IMG/VR virus record: IMGVR_UViG_2534682108_000014
Coordinates: 1-14,290 of that record
DNA: 14,290 bases
Direction: 5' to 3' (one strand)
Origin: a virus
Taxonomy: Duplodnaviria > Heunggongvirae > Uroviricota > Caudoviricetes
The translations under genes and the position numbers were made by a program. The notes beneath the pieces were generated by a model. The model saw only the letters and a list, made by a program, of their open reading frames with translations, had not been told where the DNA came from and did no database searches. Of this stretch, positions 1 to 6,887 are shown piece after piece. Every line of letters starts with the position of its first letter. Within the stretch, counting starts at the first letter, position 1.

Positions 1-237
1 TCAGTGTGCCACTACACCACGTACAGCTCTGAACCAGGGGAATGTGATTAATTCCAGGCATTCGACGTTCTCTGTACCGCGATCAACCAAATCGCCAACC
101 GAGATAAGCAGGTCTTTTTTGGTGTCGAATCCAATCGTATCCAGTTTGTTCATCAGGTTCGTGTAGCAACCGTGCAGGTCGCCAACTACCCAAATATTTC
201 GGTATTTGCTGCCATCAATTCTTTCGTAATAGCGCAT
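1..237 (-). CDS. Serine/threonine protein phosphatase (lambda NinI / PPase-like), N-terminal 79 codons only; C-terminus lies beyond the window start
   Basis: Translation from ATG at 237 gives [37 protein letters not shown]...GDLVDRG, i.e. the metallophosphatase GDxHG and GDxVDRG motifs, and closely matches my memory of the lambda phosphatase N-terminus. RBS GGAG 8 nt upstream. The ORF-track start at 312 is an upstream in-frame extension overlapping ninH. Confidence 0.8.
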   Translation of the reverse strand: MRYYERIDGSKYRNIWVVGDLHGCYTNLMNKLDTIGFDTKKDLLISVGDLVDRGTENVECLELITFPWFRAVRGVVAH

Positions 238-421
238 CTCTTTCACTCCATCCGCGATGAACCATAAGAACGTCGTTGACGATGGCGTGCATTTTCCCGT
301 CTTTATCATCAACGTATTTTCTGACCGTACCGCGACTACATTTCAGTCTGCGTGCTACTTCTGTCTGGTTTCCGTATGCTTCAACGAGCATGTCTGGAAT
401 GGTTTTTACTGAGAACGTCAT
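215..421 (-). CDS. ninH: NinH protein (68 aa)
   Basis: 68-aa [40 protein letters not shown]... matches my memory of lambda NinH in size and sequence. Its start overlaps the ninG stop (ATGA), and it sits between ninG and the phosphatase gene. Confidence 0.85.
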   Translation of the reverse strand: MTFSVKTIPDMLVEAYGNQTEVARRLKCSRGTVRKYVDDKDGKMHAIVNDVLMVHRGWSERDALLRKN

Positions 422-1029
422 GCGACCTCACTTCTGCTATTTCGCAGGTCTTTGAGTTTCTGTTGGTACTCTGCCTTGATCGCCTTGCACTCTTCGACAG
501 TCCAGCGATGGCGGTTATGGTTTGATTCGATTTCGTCTACTGCTTCCTGCCCGATGCGGCTAATAAGTTCGACGCGATACGGAACGAGATTTCCGCTTTT
601 GTGCTGGTTGCACACCACGCATTGCTTGTGAATATTGCGTTCATCAAACCGAAGTTGAGGTGCCGCAGCAGTTGTCCGGTAATGTCCGGCATCCCACTGA
701 GCAGACGTGAGCGTTCCGCACGAGATACATGGTAAGTCGCGGTCTCTTTCTCTGATGAAGGCGTTTACGGCTTGTTGGGCTTGTTTAATCCAGTAACTGC
801 GGGGCTTTAAGGCGAGTTTTCGAATCTTAAGTTTATCTTTCTGTTTCTGCTCCTCTCGTCGTCGTTTCTTCTCTGCTGCCTTTTCCGATTTTTCGCGTTC
901 TTTGCTTCGTCGTTCGAGTGCTATCTTGGTTCCACACTCTGGAGAGCACCACCACTGATTGGCGAATGCAGGGTGAAACCATTCCCGACATTCATCGTTT
1001 TTACATCGTCTTCGCGCTGGTTTAGCCAT
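418..1029 (-). CDS. ninG: NinG / Rap-family recombination-associated protein (203 aa)
   Basis: 203-aa ORF with cysteine clusters (CKNDEC...CSPEC; CISCG...CVVCNQHK) and a basic KR-rich linker, typical of NinG. Position ninF-ninG-ninH matches the lambdoid nin order. Confidence 0.88.
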   Translation of the reverse strand: MAKPARRRCKNDECREWFHPAFANQWWCSPECGTKIALERRSKEREKSEKAAEKKRRREEQKQKDKLKIRKLALKPRSYWIKQAQQAVNAFIRERDRDLPCISCGTLTSAQWDAGHYRTTAAAPQLRFDERNIHKQCVVCNQHKSGNLVPYRVELISRIGQEAVDEIESNHNRHRWTVEECKAIKAEYQQKLKDLRNSRSEVA

Positions 1030-1198
1030 CGTCTTCTTCCTCGTACATTGAGCTATTCGGATCGCTCATAAGTTCTGCGCAACAGTGCTCACACACGTGA
1101 ACTTCCAGCACATGCAGCTTCTGACCGCAGTTAGCGCACGTTAAAGCCCGCTCGACGCTTTCTTTCTGGTATTAAATGGATTGGGATGGGCTAAGCAT
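1022..1198 (-). pseudogene. ninF: ninF-like 58-codon frame interrupted by an in-frame TAA at codon 9
   Basis: ATG at 1198 to TAA at 1022 is exactly 59 codons and translates [57 protein letters not shown]. The in-frame stop is at 1172-1174. This is NinF-like from memory of lambda NinF, which I recall with Q at that position. Confidence 0.55.
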
Positions 1199-1556
1199 TA
1201 TTGGCGTCCTGCATCATGAGAAAGACAATCATGGCAGCGCGGAGTGGGTTTTCATCTTGAGTCATATGATATGGGGTACTATCACTGCCAACTTTTCTAT
1301 GCGCTGCCTTCCATAATCCATTTTCTGGCGCTGGAATAATGCCAATTCTGTTCTCTACGATAATCGGCTCTGCGTCTGATGGGCTTTTACAGTAATCAAC
1401 CGTTTTTATTGCATAACCAGTTTCGTCATCCCACTCAACACCAACGATTGATGTTCCCAACTTTGCGATTTCGCAATCTTCGGGAGCAAATCCACAGCAA
1501 ATTGCCACTCGCTTGTTAATTTCAAAATCACTTAACTGTGAATAATCCATTGTCAT
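1191..1556 (-). CDS. Hypothetical nin-region protein (121 aa from ATG at 1556; occupies the ninX/ninD slot)
   Basis: ORF between ninE and ninF. ATG at 1556 overlaps the ninE stop (ATGA), suggesting translational coupling. The ORF-track start at 1592 would overlap ninE by 40 nt. No family recognised from sequence alone. Confidence 0.6.
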   Translation of the reverse strand: MTMDYSQLSDFEINKRVAICCGFAPEDCEIAKLGTSIVGVEWDDETGYAIKTVDYCKSPSDAEPIIVENRIGIIPAPENGLWKAAHRKVGSDSTPYHMTQDENPLRAAMIVFLMMQDANNA

Positions 1557-1729
1557 TTCCTCGCACGATGTCTTAGCCACCGGATATCCCACAGGTGAGC
1601 CGTGTAGTTGAAGGTTTTTACGTCAGATTCTTTTGGGATTGGCTTGCGTTTATTTCTGGAGCGCTTCGTTGGAAGGTATTTGCAGTTTTCGCAGATGATG
1701 TCGGTGATACTTCGTCGCTGTCGTCTCAT
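1553..1729 (-). CDS. ninE: NinE protein (58 aa)
   Basis: From ATG at 1729: [58 protein letters not shown], matching my memory of lambda NinE. Start overlaps the ninB stop (ATGA). The track start at 1774 is an upstream extension inside ninB. Confidence 0.85.
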   Translation of the reverse strand: MRRQRRSITDIICENCKYLPTKRSRNKRKPIPKESDVKTFNYTAHLWDIRWLRHRARK

Positions 1730-2136
1730 TCGTACCTCCTGTCGGTAAATCTGACACCCTGACCAATAGCCCATGCTGTCGTGTACTCAATCAGGCTTGC
1801 CATGCGCTTCACGCTCATCTGTGCGCTGCTTTCGCGAATGTTGACGTATTCACCTTCAAGGCCGGGCAAAACATCAGCTTCCTGTTTTGTTGCCACTGCA
1901 TGACCGCTAATTAACAAAACCTTCCATTGTTCCGGTTTTAACCATTTGCCGCACCATTGAACCTGACGAGCGATATCCGCCAGCATCGCGTGAAATTTTG
2001 CGTTCTGGTCAAGGTTGCGCTTGTAGTCAGTAATGCGGATGGTAACTGGCTTGTCTTTATCGAGTGGTGTTGCGAGGATGGCGTTGATTGCGGCTTGCTG
2101 TTGTTGTTTACCACGGAGGAAGATTGTTTGCTTCAT
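1726..2136 (-). CDS. ninB: NinB-family recombination protein (about 136 aa)
   Basis: Contains the NinB-like core ...[33 protein letters not shown]... ATG at 2136 is preceded by GAAGGAG with a 5-nt spacer. The track start at 2142 is a GTG two codons upstream. Confidence 0.75.
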   Translation of the reverse strand: MKQTIFLRGKQQQQAAINAILATPLDKDKPVTIRITDYKRNLDQNAKFHAMLADIARQVQWCGKWLKPEQWKVLLISGHAVATKQEADVLPGLEGEYVNIRESSAQMSVKRMASLIEYTTAWAIGQGVRFTDRRYE

Positions 2137-2138
2137 CG

Positions 2139-2453
2139 TCACTCCTTCACTTTGACTCCAACGGCGCGGATGTTTTCCTCATAAGCATCCATTCCATCGC
2201 CGAAGCCATTGGAATAATCAACAGTAAACCCTTTGGCTAATGCTTCTCTGCTGTCGATAAACTTTGGCGCGGTTATTTCAATAGCTGATCGCGATGCCTG
2301 CCATAAAGTCCACCACTCATTTAAGGAGTGACGAATATCCATGCTTGAAAATGCGAAGTACCTATCACCATTTCTTGCCTCGGTTATCATCTCGAATGGT
2401 AATCTCAATTTTTTGGCAACGTATTCCTCAAACTGCTTTCTTGATTCGTCCAT
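2139..2453 (-). CDS. Hypothetical protein (104 aa)
   Basis: Intact ORF with ATG at 2453, RBS GAGGG upstream, stop 2 nt before the ninB start. Same strand and tight spacing as neighbours. No motif recognised. Confidence 0.6.
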   Translation of the reverse strand: MDESRKQFEEYVAKKLRLPFEMITEARNGDRYFAFSSMDIRHSLNEWWTLWQASRSAIEITAPKFIDSREALAKGFTVDYSNGFGDGMDAYEENIRAVGVKVKE

Positions 2454-2470
2454 CGATAATTACCCTCAGT

Positions 2471-2677
2471 TCAACTCACAAAACACCACGCCATTTTTGC
2501 TACAGCGACAGGCGCAACACCGATAATCACCCACATGAGAATGCTACCGAAAAGCACACCCGCCAGGTCTTTACCTTCGCCTACCAACCGGACAAAACAG
2601 ACAGCAACCACAATGAACGTCGCCACCATCCACAGAGCACCGAGAAGCCTCAATGCAGAGAAAATTAACTCAACCAC
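2471..2677 (-). CDS. Small hydrophobic protein, two predicted transmembrane helices (68 aa, GTG start)
   Basis: MVELIFSALRLLGALWMVATFIVVAVCFVRLVGEGKDLAGVLFGSILMWVIIGVAPVAVAKMAWCFVS has two about 20-residue hydrophobic stretches split by a GEGKD turn. GTG start preceded by GGGGGAGAG 6 nt upstream. Lies directly downstream of an intrinsic terminator. Confidence 0.55.
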   Translation of the reverse strand: MVELIFSALRLLGALWMVATFIVVAVCFVRLVGEGKDLAGVLFGSILMWVIIGVAPVAVAKMAWCFVS

Positions 2678-2692
2678 GATTTACTCTCCCCC

Positions 2693-2724
2693 AAATAAAA
2701 AGGCCTGCGATTACCAGCAGGCCT
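2693..2724 (-). terminator. Rho-independent terminator on the minus strand between the 89-aa gene and the small membrane-protein gene
   Basis: Minus-strand reading AGGCCTGC-TGGTAATC-GCAGGCCT followed by TTTTTATTT: 8-bp GC-rich stem, 8-nt loop, U-tract. The plus-strand reading lacks a downstream T-run. Confidence 0.6.
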
Positions 2725-2749
2725 GTTATTAACTCAGAGATGTAGATGG

Positions 2750-3019
2750 TCATTGCTTCATCTCCCTTTCCATTTCATCAATGTCAACGTCATCAGGAAG
2801 ATGGGAGCAATACGCCGCTATACCATGATGATTTATCTCATACCCTTTGAACGTTACCATCTGATGCGTAATCTCAACTTCGTTCAGGAATCCGCCATCG
2901 CATAACTGCCTGGCTATTTTCGATTTGGTCTGGATTATTGGTAGTGCCTGTTCTTTCAAAGCGTATGATATTTGTGCATCCCATGCCTTTTCGAGAATGG
3001 CTAATTGTTTTTTATTCAT
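2750..3019 (-). CDS. Hypothetical protein (89 aa)
   Basis: ATG at 3019 with strong RBS AAGGAGG 6 nt upstream. Start overlaps the helicase stop by 1 nt (TGATG). No family recognised. Confidence 0.6.
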   Translation of the reverse strand: MNKKQLAILEKAWDAQISYALKEQALPIIQTKSKIARQLCDGGFLNEVEITHQMVTFKGYEINHHGIAAYCSHLPDDVDIDEMEREMKQ

Positions 3020-4455
3020 CAGAATCCTCCTTTCTTCTTGGACTGCGGTTCCTCGCGTTCACGGCGGCGCATTTCAGCAGACTGTTGGTCTGTGTCATAA
3101 ATAGCGCCATTTGCCTGAATGCAATACACCGTGCCGGTATTGCCATGACGATTGAGGCGAAGGATTAGTTCGGTTTCACCAGGTGGAACACTGTCATCAA
3201 AAGCACCTTCACGATGGATCCCCACCCAATAATCGCAATCCTGTTCAATCTGCCCTGTATCTCGTGAGTCACTTGGTAATGGGCGTTTATTGGTTCGGCT
3301 TTCCAGTGCGCGGTTAAGCTGTGTCAGAAGCACAACAACGCAATCAAGCTCTTTGGCAAGGTTCTTCAGTCCTTTGGTGATCATGCCGTAAGCAAGGTCG
3401 TTGCGATCGGCCTTTTCAGCGGTCATTAGTGTCAGGTAATCGACCAGAATCATGCCAACACATCCTTTTTCTCGCTTGATTCGACGGCTTTCGCTGACGA
3501 TTTGAGCCAGAGATAATCCCGGCGTGTCGTCAATGTAAAGCAGGTCGATTTCACTCAAGCGATTGGCTGTTTCGATCGCCCTGTTGAAGTCACCATCGTA
3601 ATCACCCTGATAGCCGTCATCAGCGTCATTTGTCGCCGGAAGGTAAAAAATATTCGGGTTAACACCTGACTTCTGTCCTACCAGTTTTTCCAGTATCTGG
3701 TCACCGGGCATTTCAAGGCTGAACATCAGAGCGGGCTTTTTCTCATGCACTGCGCAGTTGATTGCCATCTGGCTGTATAGCGTCGTTTTCCCCATCTTAG
3801 GGCGAGCGCCAATGACAAACAGAGAGCCTTTCACCAGACCTTTCGGTGACAGCATCCTGTCCAGCGATGGGATCCCTGTGCTCATTCCTCGTTGTTCGCC
3901 TGACGGGTCAAATCGCTTCTCAAGGTCGCTAACCCAGTCTTCCATGACCTCACCAAATGAGCGAAGGCCGCGACGCGATCCGGTTTTTGCATGGTCTGTC
4001 AGTTGCGTGAAAATCGCCTGAATAGCTTCGTACTTCTGCGTTGCAGTCATTCCGTTGCGGGAATAGAGCAATTCCGTCGCTTCAGTCATGCGGTTGATGG
4101 CGTAGCGTTCCATTGCGGTTTCACGAACCTGCATTGCATAGGCAACGATGTTTGCTGCGCTTGGCGTGTTCTTTGCGATCTCAGCGATATAAGCAAAACC
4201 GCCAACAGACACCGTTAACGATTTACGCTCCAGTTCATCGAAAAGCGTCAGGCCATCTACTGGCTTTTGCTCACGGTGCATTCTGGTTATTTCTTCGAAA
4301 ATGATTTTGTGTGGTCGGCTGTAAAATGAATCAGGCTTCAGCATCGCCAGGACTTTCTGGACGCGCTCACTGCTGTCATCATCCAGAAGCAATCCACCAA
4401 TCACCGCCTGCTCTGCCTCGATGCTATGGGGCGGCGCATAAAAATTATCGGTCAT
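3019..4455 (-). CDS. Replicative DNA helicase, DnaB family (phage P22 gene 12-like), about 478 aa
   Basis: Walker A GARPKMGKTT, Walker B-like ILVDYLTLM, and DnaB-type N-terminal SIEAEQAVIGGLLLD. ATG at 4455 is preceded by GAGGGTG; the track start at 4470 is a GTG extension. Confidence 0.93.
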   Translation of the reverse strand: MTDNFYAPPHSIEAEQAVIGGLLLDDDSSERVQKVLAMLKPDSFYSRPHKIIFEEITRMHREQKPVDGLTLFDELERKSLTVSVGGFAYIAEIAKNTPSAANIVAYAMQVRETAMERYAINRMTEATELLYSRNGMTATQKYEAIQAIFTQLTDHAKTGSRRGLRSFGEVMEDWVSDLEKRFDPSGEQRGMSTGIPSLDRMLSPKGLVKGSLFVIGARPKMGKTTLYSQMAINCAVHEKKPALMFSLEMPGDQILEKLVGQKSGVNPNIFYLPATNDADDGYQGDYDGDFNRAIETANRLSEIDLLYIDDTPGLSLAQIVSESRRIKREKGCVGMILVDYLTLMTAEKADRNDLAYGMITKGLKNLAKELDCVVVLLTQLNRALESRTNKRPLPSDSRDTGQIEQDCDYWVGIHREGAFDDSVPPGETELILRLNRHGNTGTVYCIQANGAIYDTDQQSAEMRRREREEPQSKKKGGF

Positions 4456-5335
4456 CGTGTTCACCCTCACGAACTTTCAGGTAGGTATTATCGTTAAGCA
4501 GGAAATCAAATCCCTTTTTGTGCCAGACGGTTCCGCGTTGATGGTTTGGACGCTCTTCGAACATCCATCGGCAATTTTCGCCTACGTAGCTCAAATAATT
4601 TCTCCAGTCCTGCATCGTGAACCCATGCCCGTCAAGCTGGCGGGTTATCACTCCGGCTTTGCGCCAGAACGTTCGGATCTGGTTTTTACGCTTGTCATTC
4701 AGTGCGCGGATTTTTGGCGCTTCAGGAAGGATTTCGTGGTAAGCATCGACAACATCCTGACAGCTAACGGAAGGTTTTTTCTTGTCAGACTTTTTGTCTG
4801 CTGCGGTACTCTCTAATACGTCAGTATTAGAGATATTATTTATATTATTGTTTATGGACAACCGTTGGACAACCGTTGGACAATCTCCGCTGAGAGCCGC
4901 GCCATTACTGGTGTTTGCGTTGGGCAACCGTTGGACAACCGTTGGACAATTTTTTGCCTGAAAATCGTCATATTTAACGATTGTAAACAGGCTAAATTTC
5001 TTCCCCATCGAGCAAATATTAAGCATACCTTTCGACTCAAAAGTCCGTAATAAGCTCCGAACTTTGTTGTCGGGGATGAATGTTTCTCTGACCAGCGACG
5101 GGCGTCCAGTTATCATCTGACCGCGATCAACAGTTATCGGCCCGATATCCGTATTGACGACAGTAGATTCGTGATTAGCCTTGAGGATTAAGTGAAGCCA
5201 AAGATGTACTGCCTGAGAGTCCTTATAGAGCCTGCTGTCCATAAACTGGCGGTGTATAGAGACATACCCCATACTGGATGCCTCCTGATGTTGTACAGGG
5301 TTATGCCTGTAATCAGCTAACTTAACGACGCCCAT
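4445..5335 (-). CDS. Replication initiation protein, lambda O-like (P22 gene 18-like), 296 aa, containing the origin
   Basis: Sits immediately upstream of the DnaB-type helicase; RBS AGGAGTG before ATG 5335. The coding sequence carries ori-type iterons, translated as the repeated peptide CPTVVQRL. Family assignment is by organisation plus recollection of O/gp18 proteins. Confidence 0.85.
   Translation of the reverse strand: MGVVKLADYRHNPVQHQEASSMGYVSIHRQFMDSRLYKDSQAVHLWLHLILKANHESTVVNTDIGPITVDRGQMITGRPSLVRETFIPDNKVRSLLRTFESKGMLNICSMGKKFSLFTIVKYDDFQAKNCPTVVQRLPNANTSNGAALSGDCPTVVQRLSINNNINNISNTDVLESTAADKKSDKKKPSVSCQDVVDAYHEILPEAPKIRALNDKRKNQIRTFWRKAGVITRQLDGHGFTMQDWRNYLSYVGENCRWMFEERPNHQRGTVWHKKGFDFLLNDNTYLKVREGEHDDR
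4815..4950. repeat. Replication origin: AT-rich tract (4815-4852) plus six approximately 11-bp iterons GGACAACCGTT in two clusters (4855-4887 and 4922-4950) inside the O-like gene
   Basis: Direct reading: ggacaaccgtt ggacaaccgtt ggacaatctcc, a 34-bp spacer, then gggcaaccgtt ggacaaccgtt ggacaattttt. Adjacent attagagatattatttatattattgtttat is AT-rich. Layout (iterons then AT-rich, in the O reading direction) mirrors lambda ori. Confidence 0.8.
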
Positions 5336-5483
5336 GTTTCACTCCTGCTTTGGCTAGTCTGTAAACACCAACAAGGCGCTCTGCGAACGCCCTGTTATTT
5401 GCTGCGGCTACCACTAATCCCTCAGGTGAATCAGGGTGTCGAATCTCTTCTTTTTCCTGGTATTTCTTACGACGTTTTGTCAT
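5322..5483 (-). CDS. Small basic hypothetical protein (53 aa) between the cII-like and O-like genes
   Basis: ATG at 5483 with RBS AGGAG 6 nt upstream; translates MTKRRKKYQEKEEIRHPDSPEGLVVAAANNRAFAERLVGVYRLAKAGVKHGRR. Its stop overlaps the O-like start. Below the ORF-track size cutoff, so a manual call. Confidence 0.4.
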   Translation of the reverse strand: MTKRRKKYQEKEEIRHPDSPEGLVVAAANNRAFAERLVGVYRLAKAGVKHGRR

Positions 5484-5517
5484 AATTACTCCTGTGGATT
5501 GATCCAGTCTTTCTACA

Positions 5518-5796
5518 TCAGGCCTCGAAGAATTCGCCGTTCTTCGGGGCTTTTTCTTTTGTCAGCATTCTGGCTACTTTCTTAGCCAGTTCCGCCAACT
5601 CCTCGTCTTCAACACCCCATTCAAGAACAGCCAGAAGCATGGCCATCTTTGGGATAAAGCTGTCTTTCCATCGCGAAATTTGCGATTCATTAATCCCTAA
5701 CGCGTCGGCAACCTTTCGCTGACCACGTACAGCAATTCGATTCAGGATGTTGCTTGTAATTGCATTCGCTTTCTTGCGAGTACTTGTAAGTTCCAT
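5518..5796 (-). CDS. c1: CII-family transcriptional activator (P22 C1-like), 92 aa
   Basis: From ATG 5796: MELTSTRKK...GINESQISRWKDSFIPKMAMLLAVLEWGVEDEEL, carrying the conserved CII core SQISRWK...IPK...MLLAVLEWGV. RBS AAGGAAA 7 nt upstream. The track start at 5883 is an upstream extension across the cro-cII spacer. Confidence 0.85.
   Translation of the reverse strand: MELTSTRKKANAITSNILNRIAVRGQRKVADALGINESQISRWKDSFIPKMAMLLAVLEWGVEDEELAELAKKVARMLTKEKAPKNGEFFEA
5522..5560 (+). terminator. Rho-independent terminator on the plus strand, antisense to the 3' end of the cII-like gene (candidate terminator of an OOP-like antisense RNA)
   Basis: GCCTCGAAGAA-TTCGCCG-TTCTTCGGGGC followed by TTTTTCTTTT: 11-bp stem with one mismatch, then a U-tract, on the plus strand only. 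Position is analogous to lambda terminator to. Confidence 0.5.
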
Positions 5797-5810
5797 ATGT
5801 AAGTATTTCC
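5774..5810 (+). promoter_or_regulatory. Candidate PRE (CII-activated establishment promoter) pointing toward cro/c2
   Basis: TTGC-gagtac-TTGT on the plus strand at 5774-5787 matches the TTGC-N6-TTGC CII/C1 site with one mismatch. It lies inside the first codons of the cII-like gene in the opposite orientation, as lambda pRE does. The -10 is weak, as expected for an activator-dependent promoter. Confidence 0.4.
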
Positions 5811-5829
5811 TTAACAAATAAGAAGTTAT

Positions 5830-5847
5830 GCGCATCAACTTATGCGC
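5830..5847 (-). other. Hairpin between nutR and the cII-like gene (possible tR1-like pause/termination element)
   Basis: GCGCAT-caactt-ATGCGC is a 6-bp inverted repeat with a 6-nt loop, followed on the minus strand by a U-rich but interrupted tract. Position matches lambda tR1; the structure alone is weak evidence. Confidence 0.3.
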
Positions 5848-5855
5848 GTTGTATT

Positions 5856-5898
5856 CCCGCATTTCGGCGGGAATGAGGACCATGACTGTTAAAGAGCA
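5856..5898 (-). promoter_or_regulatory. nutR: boxA (5887-5898) plus boxB hairpin (5856-5871) just downstream of cro
   Basis: Minus-strand reading TGCTCTTTAACA (boxA, same core as the E. coli rrn boxA), a 15-nt spacer, then CCCGCCGAAATGCGGG (5-bp stem, GAAA-containing loop). The same boxA core and an identical boxB recur downstream of PL. Confidence 0.65.
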
Positions 5899-5904
5899 AT
5901 TTGC

Positions 5905-6090
5905 TTATGCCGCTTTGCGGTAAGCGCTTTCTTGATACTTCAGGGCGCCAGCTGTAACGACTTCCAGTCGATAGGCGTCTTTCTCTGGGATGACTTCCTT
6001 CCACTGAGAGACTGCTGCGTCGCTAATGCCTAACGCTTTAGCTACAGCACGCTGGGTTCCGAAGTGGTCGATAACATCTTTCTTGTACAT
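5905..6090 (-). CDS. cro: Cro repressor, P22-type (61 aa)
   Basis: MYKKDVIDHFGTQRAVAKALGISDAAVSQWKEVIPEKDAYRLEVVTAGALKYQESAYRKAA matches P22 Cro almost residue for residue as I recall it; HTH QRAVAKALGISDAAVSQW. Divergent from the repressor gene across the operator region. Confidence 0.93.
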   Translation of the reverse strand: MYKKDVIDHFGTQRAVAKALGISDAAVSQWKEVIPEKDAYRLEVVTAGALKYQESAYRKAA

Positions 6091-6104
6091 AGACTCGCTC
6101 CGAA

Positions 6105-6170
6105 ATTAAAGAACACTTAAATTATCCACTAAAGGAATCTTAAGTCAAGTTTATTTAAGATGTCTTAACT
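6105..6170. promoter_or_regulatory. OR region: three 18-bp P22-type operators (6105-6122, 6128-6145, 6153-6170) with PR (minus strand, toward cro) and PRM (plus strand, toward c2)
   Basis: All three sites fit ANTNAAG-N4-CTTNANT: ATTAAAGaacaCTTAAAT, ACTAAAGgaatCTTAAGT, ATTTAAGatgtCTTAACT. Minus-strand PR reads -35 TTGACT (6143-6148) and -10 GATAAT (6121-6126) with 16-bp spacing. The third operator abuts the c2 ATG, implying a short or leaderless PRM transcript. Confidence 0.75.
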
Positions 6171-6821
6171 ATGAAAACTCAATTGATGGGAGAGCGCATT
6201 CGCGCTCGGAGAAAAGAACTCAAGATCAGGCAGGCCGCACTTGGAAAGATGGTCGGCGTGTCTAATGTTGCCATATCTCAGTGGGAACGCTCTGAGACAG
6301 AGCCAAATGGAGAGAATCTTCTCGCCCTGGCTAATGCGTTGAAGTGTTCCCCTGACTATCTGATGAAAGGAGAGGAAAGTCTTTCAAACATTGCCTATCA
6401 CAGTAGGCATGATCCAAGAGGGTCATACCCTCTGATTAGCTGGGTGAGCGCAGGATGCTGGATGGAAGCTGTAGAACCATATCATAAGCGTGCAATAGAT
6501 AACTGGTACGATACAACCGTAGACTGTTCAGAAGATTCGTTTTGGTTGGACGTGAAGGGAGACTCAATGACGGCTCCGGCCGGTCTCAGTATCCCTGAAG
6601 GAATGATAATACTCGTCGATCCTGAAGTAGAGCCGCGTAACGGGAAACTGGTAGTTGCAAAGCTCGAAGGAGAAAACGAGGCAACTTTCAAGAAGTTAGT
6701 TATTGATGCAGGCAGGAAGTTTCTAAAACCACTTAACCCACAATATCCGATGATCGAGATCAACGGAAACTGCAAAATCATCGGCGTAGTTGTCGATGCA
6801 AAACTAGCAAACCTTCCATAA
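6171..6821 (+). CDS. c2: Prophage repressor, P22 C2-type (216 aa), LexA-like autocleavable
   Basis: MKTQLMGERIRARRKELKIRQAALGKMVGVSNVAISQWERSETEPNGENLLALANAL... matches P22 C2 near-identically from memory and has the same length. N-terminal HTH, Ala-Gly cleavage region, and C-terminal S24-type GDSM serine with a downstream lysine. Confidence 0.96.
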   Translation: MKTQLMGERIRARRKELKIRQAALGKMVGVSNVAISQWERSETEPNGENLLALANALKCSPDYLMKGEESLSNIAYHSRHDPRGSYPLISWVSAGCWMEAVEPYHKRAIDNWYDTTVDCSEDSFWLDVKGDSMTAPAGLSIPEGMIILVDPEVEPRNGKLVVAKLEGENEATFKKLVIDAGRKFLKPLNPQYPMIEINGNCKIIGVVVDAKLANLP

Positions 6822-6846
6822 GGGGGCATTCGCCCCTTTTTTTTAT
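6822..6846 (+). terminator. Rho-independent terminator downstream of c2
   Basis: GGGGC-ATTC-GCCCC followed by TTTTTTTT, starting 1 nt after the c2 stop codon. Confidence 0.8.
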
Positions 6847-6887
6847 TTCCTTTAAAAATCAAAGCCAAACTTAAGTTACGAAAGAAA

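Noticed and set aside
2294-2732. Plus-strand ORFs (124, 61 and 65 aa) opposite the small nin-adjacent genes
   Set aside because: Antisense to minus-strand genes with good RBSs, and low-complexity translations (serine/threonine/proline-rich); judged spurious.
3758-4304. Three plus-strand ORFs (87, 75 and 63 aa) inside the helicase gene
   Set aside because: Antisense to a DnaB-family helicase with intact Walker motifs; typical shadow ORFs.
4457-4816. 119-aa plus-strand ORF antisense to the 3' half of the O-like gene
   Set aside because: Fully embedded antisense within a strongly supported gene, with no RBS and no recognisable motif.
4852-5050. ORF-track entries of 62 aa (minus) and 61 aa (plus) over the iteron region, and the thought that the tandem repeats might be a CRISPR array
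   Set aside because: The repeats are 11-bp iterons without unique spacers, lying inside a large well-supported initiator gene. The short ORFs are alternative-frame artefacts of the repeats. No cas genes are present.
5796-5883. ORF-track N-terminal extension of the cII-like protein (MVLIPAEMREYNAHKLMRITSYLLRKYLH)
   Set aside because: The extension runs across the cro-cII spacer containing the tR1-like hairpin. The internal ATG at 5796 has a good RBS and yields a 92-aa protein, the expected size for this family.
6482-6868. 128-aa minus-strand ORF overlapping the repressor gene and its terminator
   Set aside because: Antisense to the near-canonical C2 repressor and running through the terminator; no RBS.
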